DNA of 64,000 nucleotides from an uncultured SAR86 cluster bacterium (GTDB lineage Bacteria; Pseudomonadota; Gammaproteobacteria; Magnimaribacterales; D2472): NCBI GenBank assembly GCA_902547295.1, contig CACCNJ010000001.1, positions 18,459 to 82,458 of the forward strand, read 5' to 3'. Shown piece by piece: positions 29,539 to 38,037 of this stretch (position 1 is its first letter; each line of letters starts with the position of its first letter). The notes under the pieces were generated by a model. It saw only the letters and a program-made list of their open reading frames with translations, ran no database searches and was not told where the DNA came from. The position numbers and the translations under genes were made by a program.

Positions 29539-29542
29539 ATGT

Positions 29543-30292
29543 TTAAATATTCGAATTCGAAAAAACTACATCAACTTGAAAATTTTCTCTTTGGTTAGAG
29601 ATTTCTGCAGTTCCTCCAGATGATTCTACTATAGCAGCTCCAGCAATTACATCCCACAAATAGATGCCTTTTTCCTGATATTGTTCGACTTTACCTGACG
29701 CAACATAACATGCAGCCATAGCTGCAGAACCCATCATTCTTATTTTCTGCCATTTTTGCATATCATCTATCATATTATTCAATGTTTGTTCTGAATAATC
29801 TAAATCATGTGGCAAGCCAGTTATTAATATGCCGTCCTCTTTGTTAGTTATATTAGATACCTTAATAGTCTGATCATTCATGACTGATTTTTTATTATGA
29901 GTATCGCCAACATACATATCATCATTATTGAAATCATATATAACACCAAGGATTGGCTTCATATCCTTTACTAAGCCAATAGAAATACAACATATAGGAA
30001 TATTTCTATTATAGTTAGCTGTGCCATCAAGAGGATCAATAACCCAAAAAGTATCACCCAAGTCATCATTAGATTTCCCACTTTCTTCAGCTAAAATTGG
30101 AAAAGATGATTTCTCTGTAATAATGGTTTTTATTAAATCTTCAGATTCTATATCAGCCTTTAATTTTGTATCCTTAGAATTAGAATTAAGTCTCAAATTA
30201 AATTCAGACTTATTTTTTATTAATAGAGTGCCGGATTTCTTTGCTGCTTTTTTTGCTAAACTTATTTCATTGCTTAAATTTTGAAATTCCAT
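29543..30292 (-). CDS. Inositol monophosphatase family protein
   Basis: LAEES and WVIDPLDGTANY metal-binding motifs, plus WDVIAGAAIV. Confidence 0.82.
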   Translation of the reverse strand: MEFQNLSNEISLAKKAAKKSGTLLIKNKSEFNLRLNSNSKDTKLKADIESEDLIKTIITEKSSFPILAEESGKSNDDLGDTFWVIDPLDGTANYNRNIPICCISIGLVKDMKPILGVIYDFNNDDMYVGDTHNKKSVMNDQTIKVSNITNKEDGILITGLPHDLDYSEQTLNNMIDDMQKWQKIRMMGSAAMAACYVASGKVEQYQEKGIYLWDVIAGAAIVESSGGTAEISNQRENFQVDVVFSNSNI

Positions 30293-31411
30293 CTAACCTT
30301 TGTAAGTGACTCTGTAGATTACATTGTATTTATCATCTGATAACAACATAGAGCCATCATTCATTATGTATGGTGACACTGGTCTTCCCCAAGCAGATTC
30401 ATTTGATAACCATCCTGTTATAAAATCTTCTTGATAAAGATAATTACCATCATCGTCAAGTTTTACAAAAACTACAGTATATCCAGATTTTTTTGTTCTA
30501 TTCCATGATCCATGAAGTGCAATAAAAATACTATTTTTATATTTTTTTGGGAATGTATCATTATCGTAAAATGCAATTCCTAGGGGAGCTACATGAGGTC
30601 CAAGTTCAGCTATTGGATCAATAAACTCTTTATTTACACTTGGTATCATGCTTCCAAACTCTGGATCGATTACATTCTTTGCATGTTTAAATGGATATCC
30701 AAAGAAACTACCTTCCTTATCAACTACATTTAGCTCACATGAAGGACTATCATCTCCTAACCAGTCTCTGCCATTGTCAGAGAAATACATTTTCTTTGTT
30801 ACAGGATGCCAATCAAATCCTACGCTATTTCTAACTCCGTCAGCAACAGTTATTAGTTCTCCATCTACATACTTATGAATTGCTGCAAACCTATTGTCTT
30901 TTGTTTGCGGTTCTAAACAAATATTACATGGCACACCAACCGGAATGTAAAGATTCCCATCTGGACCAAAATCTATATATTTAAATCCATGCCATGTATC
31001 TGATGGAAGGTTATTCATATAAACAGATTTTTCAGGAAGTTCTTCTTTTGCTGAATTCAACCATTGATCAATATTTTGTATTATCCAAATTGTATCTATT
31101 TCTGCGAAATATAAATCACCATCATAAAATGTTACTCCTGTTGGATTTTGCAAGCCATTGGCAACAGTAACTTTACTTTCAGCAATTCCATCACCATCAT
31201 TATCAATTAATGCTGTTATTTTTTTACCTTTCTTAGAGCCGACAATGATGTATCCATTAGCAGTTTCAGTAATCTGTCTTGGTGAATCAAGGTCTTTAGC
31301 ATAAATTTCAATATTAAATTTATCTGGTAAAGTTAATTGATTTAAATCGACTGAATTAACATTTATAGAAAAAATTACTGTAAATAAAAAAAATGTTTTA
31401 TTTGTATTCAT
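30293..31411 (-). CDS. Secreted PQQ-dependent sugar (glucose/sorbosone) dehydrogenase-like beta-propeller
   Basis: Signal peptide. Repeated propeller-like blocks (RNSVGFDWHP, YFSDNGRDWLGDD, PHVAPLGIAFY) are typical of the sorbosone dehydrogenase family. Confidence 0.65.
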   Translation of the reverse strand: MNTNKTFFLFTVIFSINVNSVDLNQLTLPDKFNIEIYAKDLDSPRQITETANGYIIVGSKKGKKITALIDNDGDGIAESKVTVANGLQNPTGVTFYDGDLYFAEIDTIWIIQNIDQWLNSAKEELPEKSVYMNNLPSDTWHGFKYIDFGPDGNLYIPVGVPCNICLEPQTKDNRFAAIHKYVDGELITVADGVRNSVGFDWHPVTKKMYFSDNGRDWLGDDSPSCELNVVDKEGSFFGYPFKHAKNVIDPEFGSMIPSVNKEFIDPIAELGPHVAPLGIAFYDNDTFPKKYKNSIFIALHGSWNRTKKSGYTVVFVKLDDDGNYLYQEDFITGWLSNESAWGRPVSPYIMNDGSMLLSDDKYNVIYRVTYKG

Positions 31412-31470
31412 AATTTGTGATACCTTTTAATTTAAATATAATATTTATTTTAATATTATAAAATAAGTTT

Positions 31471-32844
31471 ATGCCAGATAGTCTAGCTCTTTCAATTTTA
31501 CTATTAGCTTTTTTTGCATCAATAACATTTAATGGTTTTTTTAGAAATATTGCCAAAAAAAATAATTTACTCGTAGATATTCCGGACAAGAGTAGAAAAT
31601 TTCATTTTAGGGCAACTCCATTGACTGGCGGATTAGGAATTTTTTTTAGTATTCTTGTATCTGGGGCTCTTCTAACAGGTCTCACTGGTGCTAATTATTC
31701 GCTAGATTTGAGTAATAAAGGTTTCTTTGAAAATTCACAATTCAATAATGGTGTAATTTCAAAAAATTTTGAGGTTGGTGATAAAGATTATGAACTATCA
31801 TTAAATAAAACAAGAGAAAATGAAATATCTGTTGAAATTAATTCTGAATTAATAAGAAATACTGTTGAAATTATTTCCCTACCTGATAACAAATTCAAAG
31901 CCATATTGCCAAATGGTGATGAGAGATATTACACAATAGATTCAGGAAATGTTATTGAGATCTCAAAATCTAATGAGACCATTGATATTTTTACCCCACA
32001 AAATACCGATAAAATTAATTTAAATAGTTTTTCTATTTCATTATACATCTGCGCTTTATTTATTATGATTTTCATGATTTTTGATGACTTTATAAATATA
32101 AGACCTATCTACAGGATAGCGTTTCAATCATTAATATCAATTTTAATGATAATGATGAGTGGAGAATATTTAATTCAAGTTGGAGATCTGTTTGGTTTTG
32201 GTCAGTTAAATCTTGGTATAATTGCTATCCCATTTACTGTTTTTTGTGTTGTCGGCTTAATTAATGCTTTCAATATGATTGATGGCCTTAATGGAATATG
32301 TGCCTCATTGGCATTAATACCGATAATGTATGTAACTTTTTTAGGTAATTTCTCTTATGGTCTTTTAATACCTATAGGAGCTATATTAGGTTTTCTTGCT
32401 TACAATCTTGGCTATCTTGGTAAAAAAAGAGGAGTTTTCTTAGGAGACAGTGGCTCGAATATGCTTGGATTTGCTGTTGCATTTATATGTATTGAGTATA
32501 GCCAAAATATAAATCACTCAAGTTACATTAATCCTGTAACAGCCCTTTGGCTTGTTGCTTTGCCTCTCATTGATTGTATTTCTGTAATGATCTCAAGAGT
32601 TTTAAATGGAATTATGCCTTTTAGGCCAGGCAGAGATCACCTGCATCACAGATTATTAGATTATGGAATTAAGCCAAAAAAAATTCTTATCATATTCGTG
32701 ATGTCCTCACTGATACTTGCATTAATAGGCTTTTATATAGAGATAAATTTTCCAAATCGTGAATATATATCATTTTATACTTTTTTAACCTTGTCCATCA
32801 TTTACTATTTAATTAGTAAAAATGATATTAAAGAGCATGTTTAA
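31471..32844 (+). CDS. wecA: Undecaprenyl-phosphate HexNAc-1-phosphate transferase (WecA/MraY GT4 family) with a hydrophilic loop insertion of about 110 aa
   Basis: DIPDKSRKFHFRATPLTGGL, FDDF, NAFNMIDGLNG, FLGDSGSNMLGF and HLHHRL are the canonical WecA/MraY motifs. Confidence 0.8.
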   Translation: MPDSLALSILLLAFFASITFNGFFRNIAKKNNLLVDIPDKSRKFHFRATPLTGGLGIFFSILVSGALLTGLTGANYSLDLSNKGFFENSQFNNGVISKNFEVGDKDYELSLNKTRENEISVEINSELIRNTVEIISLPDNKFKAILPNGDERYYTIDSGNVIEISKSNETIDIFTPQNTDKINLNSFSISLYICALFIMIFMIFDDFINIRPIYRIAFQSLISILMIMMSGEYLIQVGDLFGFGQLNLGIIAIPFTVFCVVGLINAFNMIDGLNGICASLALIPIMYVTFLGNFSYGLLIPIGAILGFLAYNLGYLGKKRGVFLGDSGSNMLGFAVAFICIEYSQNINHSSYINPVTALWLVALPLIDCISVMISRVLNGIMPFRPGRDHLHHRLLDYGIKPKKILIIFVMSSLILALIGFYIEINFPNREYISFYTFLTLSIIYYLISKNDIKEHV

Positions 32845-33277
32845 TTTTTTTAAGAAAGAAAAGAAGAAAGTAGATCAGCAAAATACTTCTTTTGAAATCG
32901 AACTTACAGCAGCAGTTTTAGCATATGAGATTGCAAGGATTGATGGAGATATTAGTCAAAATGAATTAAACATAATAATGGAAGAAATCAAATCAATTTC
33001 TAGAAAAGTAAACAAAGATGAATCCGAGATTTTAAAAATTATTGAAGTTTATTCAAGTGACAGCGTTTCATTTTATGAATTTGTTGAGGATATTAATAAA
33101 AATTACTCAGAAGATGAAAAACTATCATTGTTAAGTTTCATGTGGAAAACTGCATATGCAGATGGAAAGTTAGATGTTGACGAAGAGAGACTTATAAGAA
33201 GACTTGCGAATCTCATCAAGATAAAAAACATTGATGTTTTAAAATTAAAGAATATTTCAAAAACTAATACTCAATAA
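32822..33277 (+). CDS. TerB-like (tellurite-resistance/DjlA N-domain-like) protein
   Basis: Two helical repeats of the type AYEIARIDGDISQNELN and WKTAYADGKLDVDEERLIRRLANLI. The true start may be ATG 32837. Confidence 0.5.
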   Translation: MILKSMFNFFKKEKKKVDQQNTSFEIELTAAVLAYEIARIDGDISQNELNIIMEEIKSISRKVNKDESEILKIIEVYSSDSVSFYEFVEDINKNYSEDEKLSLLSFMWKTAYADGKLDVDEERLIRRLANLIKIKNIDVLKLKNISKTNTQ

Positions 33278-35042
33278 AGCTAGCATTATCAATTAAGAAT
33301 TGCTCAGAACTTTCTCTGCTACAATAATCAGGAATTTTATTTAAATTTTCTTGGTATAAATCATTTCCAACAAATGTAAACATCTGAAGAAAAATAACAC
33401 ATTTTTCAATTTCAGAAACATTATTATCATCAATAAGTTCTTCGGACAAAGATTCAAAAGTAATATTTCTTTTTACAATTTTCAAATTTCTTTTTTTATC
33501 CAATATTAAATATGAGTAGCTTTCATCATTGGAAAAATATGGCTCCCAAAGGATTGCATTGGATGATTTTCCAGGAGTACCTTTTTTGGCAAAATTAGTC
33601 CAATATTTCATCATATTTTTTGATAAGTATCGCTTAGAAAAACTTGGAGGATAAATCAGATCTGATAAGGGATAACCACCTACTAAATCTGAGTTTCCTG
33701 CCAACAATGGTATTTCTGTTGCGTGAGCTGCACCTATAATTTTTTTAAAATCTGCTATTATTAACCTTCGATGATCATCCCAATCATATCTATAGGCAAA
33801 AAGATCTTTATTACCAGCTTTATATAAAGACCTCAATGGTATATCTACACCTCTGATCTGCCAAGCAGAACTTCTGAAATAATTGAAAGCTTCAAAAGCA
33901 TCTTCATCTTTTAATTTTACTTTTGGTATATTTAATATCGAGCCTATAAAAGAATAATCTAAATCAACAAAATATCTTGCTGTAGAAAGCCATAATTTAA
34001 CTTCGTCTCTATTTGAACCAGCAATCGTTGGAACATTATAAACATACTCTTTTTTTGACAAGGCATTTTTAAGTCCAATCTCAGGAATTACAATTCCATC
34101 TGATGTTAAAAGGGGTAACTCTTCATAAGATTCCCTTGAACTATAATAATTAAAGAATTCCTCAGCTGATAAATTTAATAGTGTCTCTCTAATTTGTTTG
34201 ATATCTTGCTCGTTAATATTTTGTTCTTTAAGTATTTTCTCAACGACATTTGAACTTGCGTAAGTAGATGTTGATGATTCTTTTAGAGGCTTGTATGCAT
34301 TACTTGTTGATATAGATGTGGTGTAGCCGGACATCGATATTGCCTTATGGAAAAGACCTCTAGCCTGTTTAGAGACTAATAGTGATAAAACATTGTGTCC
34401 ACCAGCTGACTCACCAAAAATAGTTATATTATTTGGATCTCCTCCAAATTGTTTAATATTTATATTTACCCACTCTAATGCTTTTATAATATCTAGTGTT
34501 CCAAAATTTGATGTTTTATCGTTCCCGTTTTGATAGTCTTGTATTGCAGGATGTGTAAACCAACCAAAAGGACCAAGTCTATAGTTAATTCTTACAACTA
34601 TTACATCGTGTTTTGAAACCATCTTTGAGAAGTCATATATATCTTTGAGGCCGGATGTATTTCCTCCTCCATGTATCCATAGCATAACTGGCAATTTTTC
34701 AGAGCTATCTTTGGGGGTAAATATATCTAAATACAAACAATCCTCAGATCCAGTATAAAAATTTTCACCTTCAACTCCCCCTAACGATGATGGTCTTTGA
34801 ATGCAGTGATTATTATCTTTTGATTTAATGATTTGATTTTTATTTATCAAATCTTTTGGTGCCTTCCATCTTAATTGATTTAGAGGAGGTTGCGCGAAAG
34901 GAATGTCTTCCCAAATCTTTACTTTATTTTTATATTTAAAAGAAACTTTCCCAGATGAAGTTTGAATATATTCTTTAGCTTGTATATATGAAACAAAGAA
35001 AATACAAAATAGGATTGACAAAAAAACAAATTTATTTTTCAT
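33264..35042 (-). CDS. Secreted type-B carboxylesterase/lipase
   Basis: Signal peptide, oxyanion-hole HGGG (WIHGGGNTSG) and the nucleophile elbow FGESAGG. Confidence 0.85.
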   Translation of the reverse strand: MKNKFVFLSILFCIFFVSYIQAKEYIQTSSGKVSFKYKNKVKIWEDIPFAQPPLNQLRWKAPKDLINKNQIIKSKDNNHCIQRPSSLGGVEGENFYTGSEDCLYLDIFTPKDSSEKLPVMLWIHGGGNTSGLKDIYDFSKMVSKHDVIVVRINYRLGPFGWFTHPAIQDYQNGNDKTSNFGTLDIIKALEWVNINIKQFGGDPNNITIFGESAGGHNVLSLLVSKQARGLFHKAISMSGYTTSISTSNAYKPLKESSTSTYASSNVVEKILKEQNINEQDIKQIRETLLNLSAEEFFNYYSSRESYEELPLLTSDGIVIPEIGLKNALSKKEYVYNVPTIAGSNRDEVKLWLSTARYFVDLDYSFIGSILNIPKVKLKDEDAFEAFNYFRSSAWQIRGVDIPLRSLYKAGNKDLFAYRYDWDDHRRLIIADFKKIIGAAHATEIPLLAGNSDLVGGYPLSDLIYPPSFSKRYLSKNMMKYWTNFAKKGTPGKSSNAILWEPYFSNDESYSYLILDKKRNLKIVKRNITFESLSEELIDDNNVSEIEKCVIFLQMFTFVGNDLYQENLNKIPDYCSRESSEQFLIDNASFIEY

Positions 35043-35093
35043 TAATAAAAAAGGGTTCTAAAAATAGAACCCTAATTATATCAAATATTGTAA

Positions 35094-35636
35094 CTACGTC
35101 GATGTAGTAGTTGTTGTAGTACTAGTAGTCGTAGTTGTTGAGCTCGAAGTAGTCGTACTAGGAGTTGTAGTAGTTGTACTAGGAGTTGTAGTAGTTGTAC
35201 TAGGAGTTGTTGTAGTAGTTGTTGACTCTTCTTCAGTTGTAGTACTAGGCGTAGTAGTCGTGGTAGTACTTGGAGCTGGAGTCGGAGCCGGTGTAGGCGC
35301 TGGTGTAGGCGCTGGAGTCGGAGCCGGTGTAGGCGCTGGTGTAGGCGCTGGAGTCGGAGCCGGTGTAGGCGCTGGTGTAGGCGCTGGAGTCGGAGCCGGT
35401 GTAGGCGCTGGAGCAGGTGCTGATCCGCCATCTCCATCATCTGCAATCAACGCAGCAGCAGCCGCAACAGCAGCAGCAATAGCCCCTGGACTCAATTGTT
35501 TATTTTCTGCAGTTTCTTCACCTGATTCAGATCCATCTGAATCTTGCGCAATAACATCTGTTGTAAAAAATCCGTAAAAAAACGCAAATACGGTACCCCA
35601 TAAAACTTTAAACTTAGATTTGATAAATTTAGCCAT
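35094..35636 (-). CDS. Secreted Pro/Ala/Thr-repeat protein, YjbE/GfcA-like (threonine-rich exopolysaccharide-associated protein)
   Basis: The protein has a signal peptide (…VIAQD) and an Ala-rich hydrophobic segment. These are followed by DDGDGG, (APTP)n and a poly-Thr tail ending TTTTTTST. Frame choice is supported by the signal peptide and by the start and stop context. Confidence 0.6.
   Translation of the reverse strand: MAKFIKSKFKVLWGTVFAFFYGFFTTDVIAQDSDGSESGEETAENKQLSPGAIAAAVAAAAALIADDGDGGSAPAPAPTPAPTPAPTPAPTPAPTPAPTPAPTPAPTPAPTPAPTPAPTPAPSTTTTTTPSTTTEEESTTTTTTPSTTTTTPSTTTTTPSTTTSSSTTTTTSTTTTTTST
35275..35406. repeat. Perfect 36-bp tandem repeat, about 3.7 copies (12-bp sub-period), GC-rich
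   Basis: GCTGGAGTCGGAGCCGGTGTAGGCGCTGGTGTAGGC is repeated exactly at 35275, 35311 and 35347, with a partial copy at 35383. It encodes (APTP)n on the minus strand. Confidence 0.95.
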
Positions 35637-35829
35637 AATTAAAAACTCCTCTTTATTGGGCTATTGTACTTAAACAATAATAATACATTATTTAAGAATT
35701 ACCAATTATATACGTGTTTTTTCTACTTATGTACATAAATTTAAATAAAATTTAAAAAAAACAGGTTTTTTAGCAAGATTTGTTGAATTTAGTCTTTTTC
35801 TTTTTATGTACAATTAAAACACACATATA

Positions 35830-35906
35830 TGGTCGGGATGGCCGGATTTGAACCGACGACCACTACACCCCCAGTGTAGTGCGCTACCAGACTGCGCTAC
35901 ATCCCG
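35830..35906 (-). tRNA. tRNA-Pro (anticodon GGG), CCA encoded
   Basis: Manual cloverleaf on the minus strand: acceptor CGGGATG/CATCCCG, D-stem GCGC/GCGC, anticodon stem CTACA/TGTAG with loop CTGGGGG. The T-arm is GTCGG-TTCAAAT-CCGGC, followed by ACCA. Total length is 77 nt. Confidence 0.9.
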
Positions 35907-35911
35907 ATTAT

Positions 35912-38029
35912 CTATTTAAGAAATCCATTCCAATTTTCATTAATTTCATCTAAAGTTGAGCCATAAAACGAATCGATTAGCTTATTTTGTAAACTCAATT
36001 TTTGACCACCATCCCTGGTCATAGTTTTTAATGAAAAACCCGTTGTATCTTTTGAATATGTTTTTGAAAATGTATCTAAAGGGATTTGAATATAGAAACC
36101 TTTATCAAAGCTACCTTCTCCGAATATTTCTGGTGGTATATTTGTTCTTGTAAAATAAAAGCCGCTCTTCCATCCCGATGGCATTCTTCTTGAGACATCC
36201 AATGTATATCCTCTATCTTTTGCAAGATACTTGCCATAACTCCACTTAACTAAAATATTTGAGTTAGGATGATAATAAGCAACATTTAAGTGAGTTGTTG
36301 AATTCTTGAAATCTAAGAAATTAAATCTTCCATAATAATCTCTTTTTTTTACTTTATTATATTCAACGCTCATTGCAAAGTTACTTCTAAATGGTTTATA
36401 TAATATCTCCGAGGTAGCTCCACCATACATTTCCTCAAGAAGTCCAAATCCAACTCTTCCATAAATATTGTTATAAATACTCCATATCCTATCTATCTGA
36501 AGATTCTTAATATATAAGTCATCAGATTTTTGTAAATATTCGACAACTTCTGTTCTCACAGGATCAAGCAAGGTGTTTGGCGTTGAAGCTTTTTCGTCAA
36601 AGTTATCAGTAATATTTTGACCAATAGCTCCTGAAATAGTTGTATTTCTGCTAAGTTGTAATTCTGCATTGAGTCGAATTCCAAAACCGTTGAAAAATAC
36701 TCTTTCTGGTGACCCAACATGAGTTCTTATATCTGGGCCAATGTTATAAAAAAAGATAGGAAACTGTAAAATTGGTTTAAATTCGTCTTTCTTGTATTCA
36801 GTCTTAGAAATATTATTTATGTATGATCTTTTTTTAGTGAGAGTAATTGGCTGCTTTGTATTAACTAAATCCTCTGGTCTATATGCAATATTATTAAATT
36901 CGATTCCTCTTTTTATTTGACCAACGTCTATTAATTTAAAGGCATAATCATTCTCTTCAGCAATTATTTTTGAAACCATAGCAGCCCTTGAAGATGCCTG
37001 AATAGGGTTATAAATATTAGGTGAGTCAACAGTGACGCTAAGATGATTATTTTTTATAGTTGCAGTCTGTAAAAAAAGATTATTTTTATTTAAATTTTCA
37101 AGAAGATCTAAATAGAACTCATTTTTTTGATCAAGATTATGTTCAATGTTTTCAATTTTTGGGCTGAAAGGTGTTTTTTTTCTTAAGGTGTTTTTAGAAC
37201 TAAAGCCAATTGAAAAACTAAGATTTAATGTATTTCCTTTGATAAACGAAAGATCAATATTACCAAATTCTTTATATTTATAACTTAACCCATAATTAAA
37301 TTTAGAGTCTTTCTTTCGAAGTTCAAGTGACCTAGGACCAAATTCATTCACTATACCTAACTCATAATAATTAAATGGATCACTCTCAACTTTAAAAGAT
37401 AAATTTTTTACAAATTTAATCTTTGTTTCAATTCCTACAAAAATAGCTGCATCACCTTTGAACCATAAATCAGTTGCTGGAGTACCGCCAAGATCAAGAT
37501 TTTTAGAAGTACTTTCTCTGAATTCAAAAATATCGGAAAAGTATTTTAAAGGATTTGAAATGTCATAATCTCCACCAGCAAACTTTCCCCAACCAATACC
37601 AGAAGTTATTTTTAAGTTATTGAAATTATATGTAGCGGCAACATATTCTTTTGTAAAAAGTCCAGTTCCTGCGAAATCATCTAAACCTACTGCTAACGTT
37701 GGAAAAATTTTATTAGTTGGCTTATATGAAAATTTTACGTTAAAACCTTTATCTAAAAATAATCCTTCTTTGCCACCCCAAAATAAATCATCAGGTCTAT
37801 AATAAAAATAACTCGCTTCAAGCCAATTAAAAGGACTTACTGTAATTGTGCCAATTTTTGCGTATTCACTTTTATTAAAAGTTAGAAATACTGACTGCTC
37901 ATTAAAAATCTCAGCAGAAGGAAGATTAATTAATCCAACTTGTCCAAATGAATTATATGTTTTGCTTGATACATTAAATGAAAAAAATAAGATTACTAAG
38001 AAAAAAAACTTAAGCGTATTTTGATGCAC
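35912..38029 (-). CDS. YjbH/GfcD-family outer-membrane exopolysaccharide protein
   Basis: Collinear with E. coli YjbH as I recall it. Examples are FGQVGLINLPSAE, DDFAGTGLFTKEYVAAT..GIGWGKF, and the C-terminal GEGSFDKGFYIQIPLD...MTRDGGQKL. Confidence 0.88.
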   Translation of the reverse strand: MHQNTLKFFFLVILFFSFNVSSKTYNSFGQVGLINLPSAEIFNEQSVFLTFNKSEYAKIGTITVSPFNWLEASYFYYRPDDLFWGGKEGLFLDKGFNVKFSYKPTNKIFPTLAVGLDDFAGTGLFTKEYVAATYNFNNLKITSGIGWGKFAGGDYDISNPLKYFSDIFEFRESTSKNLDLGGTPATDLWFKGDAAIFVGIETKIKFVKNLSFKVESDPFNYYELGIVNEFGPRSLELRKKDSKFNYGLSYKYKEFGNIDLSFIKGNTLNLSFSIGFSSKNTLRKKTPFSPKIENIEHNLDQKNEFYLDLLENLNKNNLFLQTATIKNNHLSVTVDSPNIYNPIQASSRAAMVSKIIAEENDYAFKLIDVGQIKRGIEFNNIAYRPEDLVNTKQPITLTKKRSYINNISKTEYKKDEFKPILQFPIFFYNIGPDIRTHVGSPERVFFNGFGIRLNAELQLSRNTTISGAIGQNITDNFDEKASTPNTLLDPVRTEVVEYLQKSDDLYIKNLQIDRIWSIYNNIYGRVGFGLLEEMYGGATSEILYKPFRSNFAMSVEYNKVKKRDYYGRFNFLDFKNSTTHLNVAYYHPNSNILVKWSYGKYLAKDRGYTLDVSRRMPSGWKSGFYFTRTNIPPEIFGEGSFDKGFYIQIPLDTFSKTYSKDTTGFSLKTMTRDGGQKLSLQNKLIDSFYGSTLDEINENWNGFLK

Positions 38030-38037
38030 AAAATTTT

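Noticed and set aside
31398..31589. A 63-aa minus-strand ORF bridging the sugar dehydrogenase start and the wecA start.
   Set aside because: It overlaps two well-supported genes and the promoter region, and its sequence is low-complexity and basic. It is most likely spurious.
35081..35577. Two extra ORFs in the track (35081-35446 minus, Leu/Gln/Arg-rich; 35260-35577 plus, Gly/Ala/Val-rich) overlap the Pro/Thr-repeat gene.
   Set aside because: They are alternative-frame or antisense readings of the same GC-rich tandem repeats, where stop codons are absent in all frames. Only the 35094-35636 frame has a signal peptide and a sensible start and stop context.
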